This document shows, piece by piece, positions 41,187 through 50,958 of a stretch of 64,000 nt of DNA; the stretch's first letter is position 1; each line of letters opens with the position of its first letter. The notes below the pieces were generated by a model. The model saw only the letters and a list, made by a program, of their open reading frames with translations. It ran no database searches and was not told the DNA's origin. Source of the stretch: Spirochaetia bacterium (GTDB lineage Bacteria > Spirochaetota > Spirochaetia > DSM-2461); assembly GCA_963666985.2 (NCBI GenBank), contig CAXXIA010000001.1, positions 864,001 to 928,000 on the forward strand, read 5' to 3'. The position numbers were made by a program, and so were the translations under genes.

Positions 41187-42119
41187 TTAGTCATATAGGC
41201 GCCTGAGTGCTCCAACATGAGCGGGATTTATCCTCGTTACGGCAAACCATGTTTTCCGGGCCTCTTTTTCAAAGCCCAGCTCATGGTAAGTTTCTGCGAG
41301 GAGGAACTGATAATCGGCATTACCAGGTTCCATTCCCACGAGTTTTTCCAGAACCTCTCTCGCCATTATATAATTACCGACATCATAGTAGAGTTGACCC
41401 AGTTGTGATAGCCCTCTTTTTTCCAGGCTTTCATCCTTGGTTCCATCGATGGCACGGCGGTAGTAACCCGCGGCGGTATTATATTCCCCGAGTTTGAACG
41501 CCTCTTCGCCGAGAGTAATCAGCAGTCTGTCCGTCGGATGGGATTCCGCGGCAAGTTCATACCATTCCAAGGCTTGCTGCAAATCGCCGATTGCGGAATA
41601 GGCTCGGCCGAGATACTCATAGCTATCCTCGGCTTCATATCCTTTTTCCAAAGACGAGCTGAGATATTCAACGGAAAGATCCGCCCAGTACGGCCCTTTA
41701 AACAAATAGGCTTTCCCCAAGACATAATCGACGCGTTCCGGATGAGGTGTGTCTTTCCGTGCCCTCAGACGCCTCAAATGCACAATCGATTTATCAAGAT
41801 CCGCGAGTCTTTCTTCCGCGGAGATTTTGGAAACCGCAAGAAAAAAACGGGAATATCCGGCATAAAGAAGGGCGTCTCTGTCCATGGGACTGATCCGAAG
41901 ACGTTCTTCCGCGATTTGGGCCACGGCGGCGTATTCACCGCGGTTCCAAAGATCAAGAATGGAAACTTCTTCCTTTGTATTCCCTACTCTTTCATGAAAT
42001 AAAGACGCTCCGCGGTGCAAAGAGATGAACACGATTCCGCCGAGCGCAAGAAGCACGGCAAATGCCGAAATGAGACGGAATAATCTTGTGTTTTTCTTTC
42101 CCGAAAAGCGGTTCTTCAT
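41187..42119 (-). CDS. Membrane-anchored TPR protein
   Basis: N-terminal TM segment and multiple TPRs; lies between rnpB and mreB. Confidence 0.78.
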   Translation of the reverse strand: MKNRFSGKKNTRLFRLISAFAVLLALGGIVFISLHRGASLFHERVGNTKEEVSILDLWNRGEYAAVAQIAEERLRISPMDRDALLYAGYSRFFLAVSKISAEERLADLDKSIVHLRRLRARKDTPHPERVDYVLGKAYLFKGPYWADLSVEYLSSSLEKGYEAEDSYEYLGRAYSAIGDLQQALEWYELAAESHPTDRLLITLGEEAFKLGEYNTAAGYYRRAIDGTKDESLEKRGLSQLGQLYYDVGNYIMAREVLEKLVGMEPGNADYQFLLAETYHELGFEKEARKTWFAVTRINPAHVGALRRLYD

Positions 42120-42127
42120 AAAAAAAT

Positions 42128-42474
42128 ACGGGCCGGTAAGCCGAGTTCTGTTTTAGGCCGCCATCTATCTTGTCGCGGTGTTGCCGCCACGATCGTAAGC
42201 AGTCTACCCGCGGACTTAAGGACGGGGCGCCCATCCGCTGCTTGACCTTGCTCCTGATGAGGTTTACCTCGCACCTTGCGTTGCCGAAAGGCCGGTGAGC
42301 TCTTACCTCACCTTTTCACCCTTACCTCCGGAAAATCCGGCGGCGGTTTTTTTTCTGCGGCACTGGCTGTCGGGAATCCGATTTTCATCCGATTCCCGCC
42401 CGGGCGTTACCCGGCATCATCCCCTGCGGAGCCCGGACTTTCCTCTGAGGTTACTCAGCGGCGGCCCGGCCCGT
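42128..42474 (-). ncRNA. rnpB: RNase P RNA (type A)
   Basis: Minus strand GAGGAAAGTCCGGGCTCC near the 5' end and ACAGAACTCGGCTTA near the 3' end; P1 pairing ACGGGCCGG/CCGGCCCGT. Confidence 0.96.
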
Positions 42475-42482
42475 GTGTTTTC

Positions 42483-42511
42483 ATTCTATCCTATCGGATT
42501 GTCCGTGTCAG
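42483..42511 (-). promoter_or_regulatory. Putative promoter of rnpB
   Basis: Minus strand CTGACA-17 nt-TAGAAT just upstream of P1. Confidence 0.6.
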
Positions 42512-42555
42512 GACGACTTTTTCCGATAAAAACAAGGTTGAATCCGAAAGGTCGG

Positions 42556-43347
42556 CTAGAGGTCGTCACCATCGGTAACGAGATCGGCAAGTCCTCCGAC
42601 GTCTTCATCATCGAATTCGTAAGCTTCCGCAACCGGTTCGCCGCCTTCTTCCCAGAAAAGGATACGGCTGCAGTACGGGCAGAACTGAATTTCCTTCCCG
42701 CCGCGGACATCGTTTACGAATTGCGCCGGAAGCACCATATGACAGCCGCTGCAGACATTGGCCCTTACAGGAACGATACCTACGCCCGATTTATTCCGGA
42801 TAATTCGCTGGAACTTAAAAAGAATATCATCGTCCATTTCCGGCGTAACCTTGCTTTCTTCCATTGCAAGCGATGCAAGCTCGGACTCTTTTTTACTGGT
42901 TTCAGCCTTAATTTTGTCGTTTTCGGCTTTCAGCTCGTCTTCCTGCATCTTGATCATCTGCTCTTCCCGTTCGAGACTTTCCCGCATTTCTTCAAGATCG
43001 CGTTCGCTCTTCTGAATTTCCCGCCGAAAACGCTGCTCTTTTTCCGTCGCGTCACGGATTTCCTTATCCAGCGCCTCATATTCCCGCTGAGTGGTAATCA
43101 CGTCCATGCGCTTCTCGAATTCCTCGCGAAGTCTTTCCGCCTCGCCCATCTCAAACGTCAGGTGCTTGATTTCACTTTTCGTCGATTCAAATTCTTCATT
43201 TTTCTCAACATAGGATTTCTTGAGTCTGTTGAGAATCTCCTGTTTTGTTTCAAGCGCTTTCGGGATTTCCAGAATATCGCGTTCGATGGCGTATTTCTTA
43301 GAGAGTATTTCCTGGAGTTGCTGCAGAGTTTCGAATGTTTTTTCCAT
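42556..43347 (-). CDS. Coiled-coil protein with C4-type zinc ribbon (DUF164-type)
   Basis: Long coiled coil, CSGCH...CPYCSRIL; located between rpoD and rnpB. Confidence 0.88.
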   Translation of the reverse strand: MEKTFETLQQLQEILSKKYAIERDILEIPKALETKQEILNRLKKSYVEKNEEFESTKSEIKHLTFEMGEAERLREEFEKRMDVITTQREYEALDKEIRDATEKEQRFRREIQKSERDLEEMRESLEREEQMIKMQEDELKAENDKIKAETSKKESELASLAMEESKVTPEMDDDILFKFQRIIRNKSGVGIVPVRANVCSGCHMVLPAQFVNDVRGGKEIQFCPYCSRILFWEEGGEPVAEAYEFDDEDVGGLADLVTDGDDL

Positions 43348-43368
43348 TTTTCTGGCCTCGTCGAGTTC

Positions 43369-45357
43369 TTAGTTTTCGAGATAATCCTTCAAACGCCGGC
43401 TCCGTTTCGGATGCCGCAGACGTCTGAGCGCTTTCGCTTCGATTTGCCGGATTCTCTCACGCGTGACGTTGAAGTACAATCCCACTTCTTCAAGTGTGAG
43501 AGAATATCCGTCTTCCAGACCGAAGCGCATTTTCAACACTTCCTGTTCCCTTGGGGGAAGTGTTTCAAGAACATCCTGAAGCTGTTCTTGAAGAATCCGG
43601 AAGGCCGTCTGGCTTGCCGGGTTTTCAACGTCTTTATCTTCAATGAAGTCGCCCAGGAGAGAATCTTCTTCTTCACCGATGGGAGTTTCAAGGCTTATCG
43701 GCTCTCGGGCGACGTTTTTAACGGATTTTACCCGGGCCACAGTCCAGCCCAATCGTTCGGCGACTTCCTCGTCGGTGGGCTCCCGGCCTTTCATCTGCAT
43801 AAGCTGACGGGATTCCCTGACGACTTTGTTGATCTGTTCGATCATGTGGACCGGAACGCGGATGGTTCTCGCCTGATCGGAAATCGAGCGTGTGATGGCC
43901 TGTCTGATCCACCATGTCGCATAGGTTGAGAATTTATATCCCTTTCGGTATTCAAATTTCTCAACGGCTTTAATCAGTCCGATATTTCCTTCCTGGACAA
44001 GATCGAAAAAATGAAGACCGCGATTCGTGTATTTCTTTGCGATGCTGACCACAAGGCGAAGGTTGGCCTTGATCAACCGGTCCTTTGCCGTTTTCATCAT
44101 GACGCGTCCGCGGCTGATTTCTTCGGCCATTTCCAGAATGTCGTCAACGGAAGCTTCGAAATCAATCTCCATGTCCTGGAGCATTTTTTCGGTAACCTGA
44201 ACCTGCCGGATCAATTCTTTGATTTCGTCGGAGCTGAGTCCCAGTCTCTCTTCAATCTCTTCACGTTCACCGGATTTTGCCAGGCCTCGTCCGATGGCGC
44301 GGATTTCACGCATGGAACGGACACCCAAGGTCCTCTCTATGCGGTATTGCTTCTGCTGGTATTGCTTGATTTTTTTTACGGCCGCCGCATACCGATCCGA
44401 GAATCTGACGATTTCTTCCTGATGAATATCGATTTCGCTGATGCCCTGAAGAAGACTCTCGCGTTTTGAAACAAGCCTTTTATCGGTGATGACATCACCG
44501 TCGGTAACGGCGATTCTATTCTTTAATTCCATATACTGCTTCAGGGGAGCGGCAAGGCCCTTGAAGGCATCTTTATAGAATTGATTGATTCTGCGGCGCT
44601 CGGCCAGGAAATCCGAAATTTCCTTTTTTGAGAAATTCAAATCACGGGGATCGGTCTTGCTGAATGCTTTGCTGGCGAGCTCATGAAATTCAGGAATAAT
44701 CATTCCCGAGGTTTTCAAGACTTTCTTGATGATGTTCTCGCCATCTTCCATCTGTTTCGAGAGTTCCACTTCCTGCTCGGCCGTGAGCAGGTTTTCCTTG
44801 CCGATTTCCCTGAGGTAGAGCCGAATGGGATCGTCGACGGAAGAATCTTTGTCGTTGAATACCAGCTTTCTGTTCCGGTCGTCCCGGATCAGCTGCTGAT
44901 CGTCATCATCACTCTCGTCGCTTTCATCATCCTCGTCGTCGTCCTCGTCGTCGTCGATTTCATCCTCATCATCATCGACATCCGCATGATCCTCATCATC
45001 GTCGATATCGATGTCGTCGTCGATTTCATGATCCACATCGGATTCGTCATCCTTGTCGAGATCAAGATCAGGACTCTCCTCGTCGTCATCCAGCATGACA
45101 TCGTCGTCTTCGGTTTCATCCTCATCATCATGTTCTTCGTCGTGTTGTCCGCGGCCGTCGACGTTTGAGCTGTTTCTTCCTTCTTCTGTTATCTCAACGC
45201 CCGACGATTCCAATAAAGCAATGATATCGTTCATTGTATCGGAATGGACCATATCATCGGGGAGCCAATCGCTTATTTCGTCATAACTGATTGTCTTGCT
45301 CTTTTCAGCGTAATCCAAGAGCTTGGCAACCATGGGATTAGACCTGATTTCCAACAT
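43369..45357 (-). CDS. rpoD: RNA polymerase primary sigma factor
   Basis: [57 protein letters not shown]. Confidence 0.98.
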   Translation of the reverse strand: MLEIRSNPMVAKLLDYAEKSKTISYDEISDWLPDDMVHSDTMNDIIALLESSGVEITEEGRNSSNVDGRGQHDEEHDDEDETEDDDVMLDDDEESPDLDLDKDDESDVDHEIDDDIDIDDDEDHADVDDDEDEIDDDEDDDEDDESDESDDDDQQLIRDDRNRKLVFNDKDSSVDDPIRLYLREIGKENLLTAEQEVELSKQMEDGENIIKKVLKTSGMIIPEFHELASKAFSKTDPRDLNFSKKEISDFLAERRRINQFYKDAFKGLAAPLKQYMELKNRIAVTDGDVITDKRLVSKRESLLQGISEIDIHQEEIVRFSDRYAAAVKKIKQYQQKQYRIERTLGVRSMREIRAIGRGLAKSGEREEIEERLGLSSDEIKELIRQVQVTEKMLQDMEIDFEASVDDILEMAEEISRGRVMMKTAKDRLIKANLRLVVSIAKKYTNRGLHFFDLVQEGNIGLIKAVEKFEYRKGYKFSTYATWWIRQAITRSISDQARTIRVPVHMIEQINKVVRESRQLMQMKGREPTDEEVAERLGWTVARVKSVKNVAREPISLETPIGEEEDSLLGDFIEDKDVENPASQTAFRILQEQLQDVLETLPPREQEVLKMRFGLEDGYSLTLEEVGLYFNVTRERIRQIEAKALRRLRHPKRSRRLKDYLEN

Positions 45358-47143
45358 CCTTACCTTGCCTGATTTCCAATATCTGCCGGTCTATTTCCTG
45401 TATACGCAGAATGCGTTCATTCAACAAACCGGAATCACCATTATTATCCCGATTCAGTCCCCTAACGAGTTCCGCCCGTTCCTCGGAAAGGGATCTTGCT
45501 TTAATTGCACGTATCAATGTCTCTATTGTCTCTTCAGCACGTTCGTCAAAAACAGCGCTGGAAGCTTGTCTGAGAATGAAATCCTTCAGTGATTCATCCT
45601 CAAGTTCCGCAAGAATCGCATCCGTTCGCGGAACAATTCCGCCCGCGCTTAATTCATCCATAATCCTGTATACGGATAAAGCTCGCCTATCCCGAAGAAT
45701 TTCGGGTGCGAGCATCTGCCTTAACGCGGTGAAATATTCTGATCGTACGGCTACGGCCGCCATCAGGTACAATTCATCACCGGCGGAAGAATCGCCGTCG
45801 GTTTCCAAACTGTAGCGTTTCATCATACCGGCCTTTTTTATTTTGATCGATGAGCGATCCGGTTTTCGGTTTCGGAAGTCGCGGATTACCGTTACCGGGT
45901 CTGCTTTCATCGCGTCGGCCAGTTGTCGAAGATACGCCTCCTGTCTGACTTCCGATCCTACCGATTCAAGATAGGGCGTCAGTTCCTCCAGGGCCTCCTC
46001 TTGCGCCTCGCCGGAGATATCCGTTTTGGCACTAATCAGATAATTTAACAAGAAATCAAAGAAAAAAACAGGTTTTTCAATTCTTTTTTTCAAATATTCG
46101 GGCCCGTCACGCTTCAGAATGTCCGAAGGATCGGAATTCTCCGGAAGAGGGACCGCCTGAACGTTCAAACCGGTCTTCTCGGAAAGAATGGCGGCTTTTA
46201 TCGAGGCTTTTCGTCCCGCGCCGTCCGCATCGAACATCAGCACGATATTATCGGCCTGACGCTTTAAGAGGGCGGCCTGTTCTTCGGTGAAGGCCGTTCC
46301 CAAAGGGGCGACGATTTCTTCAATACCCGCCTGCATGCAGGAGAGAACGTCGAGGTTCCCTTCACAGAGAACTACATTCCGTTTTTTTCGAATAGCCTGC
46401 TTGGCTTGCCCCAAACCGTAAAGTTCCCTGCTCTTTCTATAAAGTCTGGTTTCGGGAGAATTGATATATTTCGGTCCTTTATCCGAGAGAGCCCGCCCGC
46501 TGAAGGCGACAACGCGTTCGGTATCGGGCATAACGGGAAACATAAGGCGGTCGACGAAGTAGGCCCAGGATGCGGATTTACGGCTGAAAAGACCGGATTC
46601 GGCTAAAAACGCAGGTGTGTAGTTTTTCGACAGAAGAAAGCCGTAAAGCCATTCTCCATCCGCCGGCGCCCATCCTATGTCGTAGAGTTCCGCCGTTTCG
46701 CCGTTAATGCCCCTCATGGCAAGATATTCCCGGGCGTGCGCGGCTTCCGGCTGATTTAAAAGGAGCCAGCGAAACATTTTCGAAACTCTTAAATATAAAT
46801 CCTGCAGGGCTTTCCGGTTGTCCCGCTCGTTTTCCCCTCCTCCCGTTTCCGGTATGTCGACACCGACCTTCTCACCCAGTCTTCTCACGGCATCGGGGAA
46901 ACTTAAGCTCTCCATTTCCATCAGAAATTGGAAAATGCCGCCGCCTTTATGACATCCGAAGCAGTAAAAAAGATTTGTATCGGGACTGACCGAAAAGGAC
47001 GGCGTACTTTCCGAATGAAACGGACAGAGTCCCCACCACCGGTCTCCTTTGCGGGAAAGATTTACGTAGCCGCCGACAACCTCCAGAATATCGGCTTTGC
47101 GTCCGATTTCATCAATTATGGAATCGGGTATCCTGTTTCCCAC
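45338..47143 (-). CDS. dnaG: DNA primase
   Basis: CPFH...CFGC zinc finger, [19 protein letters not shown] and FDAD. Confidence 0.97.
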   Translation of the reverse strand: MGNRIPDSIIDEIGRKADILEVVGGYVNLSRKGDRWWGLCPFHSESTPSFSVSPDTNLFYCFGCHKGGGIFQFLMEMESLSFPDAVRRLGEKVGVDIPETGGGENERDNRKALQDLYLRVSKMFRWLLLNQPEAAHAREYLAMRGINGETAELYDIGWAPADGEWLYGFLLSKNYTPAFLAESGLFSRKSASWAYFVDRLMFPVMPDTERVVAFSGRALSDKGPKYINSPETRLYRKSRELYGLGQAKQAIRKKRNVVLCEGNLDVLSCMQAGIEEIVAPLGTAFTEEQAALLKRQADNIVLMFDADGAGRKASIKAAILSEKTGLNVQAVPLPENSDPSDILKRDGPEYLKKRIEKPVFFFDFLLNYLISAKTDISGEAQEEALEELTPYLESVGSEVRQEAYLRQLADAMKADPVTVIRDFRNRKPDRSSIKIKKAGMMKRYSLETDGDSSAGDELYLMAAVAVRSEYFTALRQMLAPEILRDRRALSVYRIMDELSAGGIVPRTDAILAELEDESLKDFILRQASSAVFDERAEETIETLIRAIKARSLSEERAELVRGLNRDNNGDSGLLNERILRIQEIDRQILEIRQGKDVGNQV

Positions 47144-47146
47144 TCT

Positions 47147-48247
47147 TTAATCCTTAACGACATACTGTTTCAGATAAGCTTCCCGCGCATTGAGATGGTC
47201 GCTGTATGAGCGGGAAAAAACATGAGTCCCGGCCGCCGGATCTTTAACAACGAAGAAAAGCGCATCGGTTTCCGCGGGGAAAAAAGCGGCTTCCAATGCG
47301 ATTTTTCCGGGAATTGAAATGGGTCCCGGAGGAAGTCCTTTGTTTCTGTATGTGTTGTAGGGCGAAGGGATATCGAGAAAATGCTCGAAGATGCGCCTGC
47401 CGTAGGCATGATATTCGTTTCGATACGGCTCACCTTCTTCGGTTTCTTCAATAACGTAGACGACGGTGGCACAGGACTGCAAACCGATGGTTCCGTCGAT
47501 GATGCGGTTGTTGAAGACCGCCGCTATCATGGGTGCTTCTTCGGGAACCCTGTATTCACGTTCCACAATGGATGCCAATGTGATTTTTTCGTGAAGCCGC
47601 AAGGGAGTGAGATTCTTCCAGGAAGGATCGATGTCGTTCAGCACCGTGAAGAAATTATCGGCCATCTGGCGAATAATCTCTTCGGCCGTTTCTTCCGAAG
47701 ACGTGCCGTCCAAGGGCTTTTCGATTTTGTATGTATCGGGAAAAAGGTATCCCTGGAGGCCCTCCGGCCGCTGAAGAATCGGATATTCCGAAGAAAGGCT
47801 CCGTATCGCGTTCAAGACATCCTTGCTTTGCGCCAATCCGGCCTCTTCAATACGTTCGGCAATCCGGGAGGATGTGAGACCCGGAGGAATCGTCAAATCG
47901 ATATTAACCCGATCCGATGCGCCGGGAGCGGTTAGAACGGCGATGTACTCCGAAGGCTTCAGGCCGCGCCGAAGGGCAAAACGTCCGGCTTGGATTTTCC
48001 CGGCAAGATCCAGTTTGGAAAGAATCTTATACCGCCATATAAGATAGTTCGCGTTTTTTATGAGACCCTCTTCTTCAAGCAATCGGGCCGTTTCGGGAAA
48101 AAGCATTCCTTTGGTTACGATGATTTCGACTTTTCCCGAGCCCTCAACGGGGCTGTCCGGGACGAACCAGAACACGGCGGCGGCAATCACCGCAAGAAGT
48201 GGAATGGACAATACGGCCGTCAGTATCGTTCCGCGCGCCTTACTCAT
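47147..48247 (-). CDS. mltG: Endolytic transglycosylase MltG
   Basis: GYLFPDTY, LASIVERE, SPYNTY...GLPPGPI; N-terminal TM segment. Confidence 0.93.
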   Translation of the reverse strand: MSKARGTILTAVLSIPLLAVIAAAVFWFVPDSPVEGSGKVEIIVTKGMLFPETARLLEEEGLIKNANYLIWRYKILSKLDLAGKIQAGRFALRRGLKPSEYIAVLTAPGASDRVNIDLTIPPGLTSSRIAERIEEAGLAQSKDVLNAIRSLSSEYPILQRPEGLQGYLFPDTYKIEKPLDGTSSEETAEEIIRQMADNFFTVLNDIDPSWKNLTPLRLHEKITLASIVEREYRVPEEAPMIAAVFNNRIIDGTIGLQSCATVVYVIEETEEGEPYRNEYHAYGRRIFEHFLDIPSPYNTYRNKGLPPGPISIPGKIALEAAFFPAETDALFFVVKDPAAGTHVFSRSYSDHLNAREAYLKQYVVKD

Positions 48248-48419
48248 CCGTTTTCTCCGCAAGATCGTTTATAGTCAATCTGTCCCAAAGGCGTTCTTCC
48301 AATTTTTTAAGTACGGGTATAAGACTTTCATCAAGATCGTTTTTTCTTTTTTCAAGAAATTTCCATAATATTTTCGCCTCGGCTTCGGTCAAGACGATGT
48401 TCAAATTCTTAGAGTTCAA
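48240..48419 (-). CDS. Probable small helical protein (~59 aa)
   Basis: TTG start overlapping the MBL-gene stop, and stop overlapping the mltG start; amphipathic sequence (LTEAEAKILWKFLE...VLKKLEERLWD). Confidence 0.5.
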   Translation of the reverse strand: MNSKNLNIVLTEAEAKILWKFLEKRKNDLDESLIPVLKKLEERLWDRLTINDLAEKTDE

Positions 48420-49362
48420 ATTGAAAACCTTCGCGAGCCAAATCAATGCTGAGGGTTTTTTTCCCTTTCTGTTCCAAACGGCTGTCGAACCATTTTGCCG
48501 ATCGCAGGATTCCTTCCATGACGGTATCGCCGTTGAGCGGTTCATGATGGAATAAATAAAGTTTCTTTATTCCGAATTCACGGGCGAATTCCACGGCCAG
48601 ACTGTATGAAGAATGTCCCCAGTTGTATTTTTCAATGGCCTCGCCGAGCGTATATTGCGCATCGAGCACAATGGCGTCGGCGTCTTGGAAATAAGAAATA
48701 TTCTTTTCTGTTCTCCGAAAATCCTTTTCCGATAATTCCGTATCCGTTGAGTAGATAAAAGATCGGGAAGCTTCGGAAACCTTATAGGAAATGCTTCCGT
48801 TCGGATGATTTCGTTTAATCCAGTCGATTTCGGCGCCGCCGATGTTAATCGATTCGTTCTTTCCGAGAACACGAAAGGATATTTTCGCGGCGAAACTGTC
48901 CCATCCGACCGGATGGTAAGGCTTAACCATGAATTTTGCGAGGATTCGCTTCATCGCCGGATAGGGGCTGTAAAAAGTTACACGGACTTTGGGATTGTAC
49001 ATCGCACCGAAATACGGCAGTCCCAACAGATGGTCGTAATGGAAGTGGGATAAAAAGATATGATATTCGAGGATGTCTTCACGGATTTTCCGCGTCCGTT
49101 TCTCCAGTTCCCGAAGTCCCGTTCCCGTATCCAGGACAATCATTGCACCCTCGGCCGTTCTGACTTCGATACAGGCCGTATTTCCGCCCGATGTTCCGAA
49201 AATCTCCGGTGGAAGATTGCCGAGAAAACGCTGGCGCGTATCGCTGTTGACAAGATCTGCGGGCTTAACCCTTTGGAGAACCGCGGAAATTTTATTCCTG
49301 ATTTCTTCAGGCGCCAAGGGTGTCGGACTTGAGCCTCTGACGCCCCAGAAACGAACAATCAT
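48409..49362 (-). CDS. Metallo-beta-lactamase-fold hydrolase
   Basis: FWGVRGS, GGNTACIEV, LDTGTG, HFHYDH, WGHS, FHHEP. Confidence 0.9.
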   Translation of the reverse strand: MIVRFWGVRGSSPTPLAPEEIRNKISAVLQRVKPADLVNSDTRQRFLGNLPPEIFGTSGGNTACIEVRTAEGAMIVLDTGTGLRELEKRTRKIREDILEYHIFLSHFHYDHLLGLPYFGAMYNPKVRVTFYSPYPAMKRILAKFMVKPYHPVGWDSFAAKISFRVLGKNESINIGGAEIDWIKRNHPNGSISYKVSEASRSFIYSTDTELSEKDFRRTEKNISYFQDADAIVLDAQYTLGEAIEKYNWGHSSYSLAVEFAREFGIKKLYLFHHEPLNGDTVMEGILRSAKWFDSRLEQKGKKTLSIDLAREGFQFEL

Positions 49363-49393
49363 ATGTCCTCCGTCAGCTCATAGTATCCTATCA

Positions 49394-49858
49394 TTATGGT
49401 GTTATTAAAGTTTGACGTTCCCGTTTTCGAATCTCCCTTCTTATCTCTCGGGCCGAATGTTTTTTGCCGCGATTGATTCCCGGACACTCCAGCGACTCCC
49501 TCTCCCAGTTTTCCGGAGCGCCCATGATCGAGGGCCAGAACGGATACGTTCGGCATTGGAGAGGTCTGGCCCGGTAAACGGTACAGCCGTCCGACCAAAA
49601 AATACAATCATTATTGTCTTTTTCGGTCAGGCTCAGTCGGTTGGTAATTCCTAAGTTAACGATTCTGCAATAATTGGCTAAGAAAACTTTATCGGTGATT
49701 TTCAGATGGTTCGAGAGCGTTTCGACATCATCATCGGAAAGAAAAACATAACCCGGTTCATACCGGCAGCAATGTCCGCAGGACGTGCATGTGAATTGAA
49801 GCCCGTCGTACCAGAAGGAATCACTTTTATTTCCGTTACTCATAAGATAATCATCCAA
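49394..49858 (-). CDS. YkgJ-family cysteine cluster protein
   Basis: CTSCGHCC...CIF...CTVYRARPLQCRTYPFW. Confidence 0.88.
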   Translation of the reverse strand: MDDYLMSNGNKSDSFWYDGLQFTCTSCGHCCRYEPGYVFLSDDDVETLSNHLKITDKVFLANYCRIVNLGITNRLSLTEKDNNDCIFWSDGCTVYRARPLQCRTYPFWPSIMGAPENWERESLECPGINRGKKHSAREIRREIRKRERQTLITP

Positions 49859-49860
49859 TG

Positions 49861-49888
49861 AAAACGGCCTCCCAGCGGAGGCCGTTTC
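49861..49888 (-). terminator. Intrinsic terminator after the tRNA pair
   Basis: Minus strand GAAACGGCCTCC-GCTG-GGAGGCCGTTTT. Confidence 0.7.
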
Positions 49889-49902
49889 TGAATAATCGGA
49901 AT

Positions 49903-49983
49903 TGGGGAGAGAAGGATTCGAACCTTCGAAGCCTAAGCAACAGATTTACAGTCTGCCCCCTTTGACCGCTCGGGAACCTCCCC
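49903..49983 (-). tRNA. tRNA-Tyr(GTA)
   Basis: Cloverleaf with anticodon arm GCAGA-CTGTAAA-TCTGT, long variable arm and GGTTCGAATCC; CCA not encoded. Confidence 0.96.
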
Positions 49984-50011
49984 GATTCAACACCGACTTT
50001 TTGAATCGGCC

Positions 50012-50085
50012 AGCCAACTGTCGGATTCGAACCGACGACCCCGAGATTACAAATCACGTGCTCTGGCCAGCTGAGCTAAGTTGGC
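50012..50085 (-). tRNA. tRNA-Thr(TGT)
   Basis: GCCAACTTAGCTCAG...GATTTGTAATC...GGTTCGAATCC...AGTTGGC; CCA not encoded. Confidence 0.95.
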
Positions 50086-50116
50086 GTCCGACGCCGAAAT
50101 CGCGTCGTCGAAGGGG

Positions 50117-50146
50117 AAAGTAACACCACCTGAGCAAATGTGTCAA
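50117..50146 (-). promoter_or_regulatory. Putative promoter of the tRNA pair
   Basis: Minus strand TTGACA-18 nt-TACTTT with extended TG. Confidence 0.6.
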
Positions 50147-50958
50147 CAGGGCTCCCGATTCATCCATTCGGGGAAGCCGAGGACTTGGGCCCCATCCGCG
50201 CGGATTATAAGGGTTACCTCATAATGCGCCGAAGGTTCACCGTCCGTGGTTCGGGCGCTTCCGTCGGGTGATATCGCGATTTCGCCGCTTCCCGTTGTAA
50301 AGATCGGTTCCACCGAATAAACGGATTCGGCCTGCAGCGGAGAATGCGGCCTTCCATCGTATGTAATGGACGGCGGTTCGTGAACTCTTCTGCCGATTCC
50401 ATGTCCGGCGCCTTCGGATATAAGGGCGACTCCCCATCGGCGGGAGATTCGGGCTATCTTTTCCGAACCGGGTATTCCGTTCGAACCGACGAGCATGGCC
50501 GAAGCGGCTTCCTTCATGCCGACAAGAGCGGCTTTCATCAATTCACGGCGCTTTTCGTCGATGCTCCCGACGGCGAAGGTCCTGGCCGAATCGGCCCACC
50601 ATCCGTGATGCGAACAAGCTATGTCCATCGTGACGATTTGTCCCTCTTCCAGAATCCTGGATCCGGGAGGACCGTGCCAGACGATTTCTTCGGGAGAGAC
50701 ATGTATGATGACTCCGGGATCGGCTCCTTCGTCTTGCAGCGCGCAATAGGCCTTTCGGGCTAAAAAGTCGGTCGTAATTCCGGGAATGATGTTTTTTTGG
50801 GTGAGTTCCAGAACCTTATGAATCATTCCGGCCGCTTTGTTCATGGCGGAAAGATCGAAGATGTCGGATGTTGCGGATTGCTTTGCGATAGAGGGGAAGA
50901 TATCCTCGAACAAGGACCTTCCGCCAGGATCTTTTTCCATATACGATATTTTCGGCAT
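50143..50958 (-). CDS. map: Methionine aminopeptidase-like M24 peptidase (divergent; start uncertain, possibly 50844)
   Basis: Metal-ligand motifs MDIA...ADSART, GHGIG, VEP, HYE; VWHG. Confidence 0.8.
   Translation of the reverse strand: MPKISYMEKDPGGRSLFEDIFPSIAKQSATSDIFDLSAMNKAAGMIHKVLELTQKNIIPGITTDFLARKAYCALQDEGADPGVIIHVSPEEIVWHGPPGSRILEEGQIVTMDIACSHHGWWADSARTFAVGSIDEKRRELMKAALVGMKEAASAMLVGSNGIPGSEKIARISRRWGVALISEGAGHGIGRRVHEPPSITYDGRPHSPLQAESVYSVEPIFTTGSGEIAISPDGSARTTDGEPSAHYEVTLIIRADGAQVLGFPEWMNREPC

Noticed and set aside
42295..43929. 544-aa plus-strand ORF
   Set aside because: Antisense to rpoD, the zinc-ribbon gene and rnpB; F/L-rich with no motifs, as expected of a shadow frame
44880..45140. 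TCG/TCA/TCC triplet-rich tract resembling a repeat array
   Set aside because: Explained by the Asp/Glu codons of RpoD; no repeat-spacer periodicity, so not CRISPR
49903..50085. tRNA pair as an integration site for an island
   Set aside because: No integrase and no duplicated tRNA 3' end seen; the flanks are housekeeping genes
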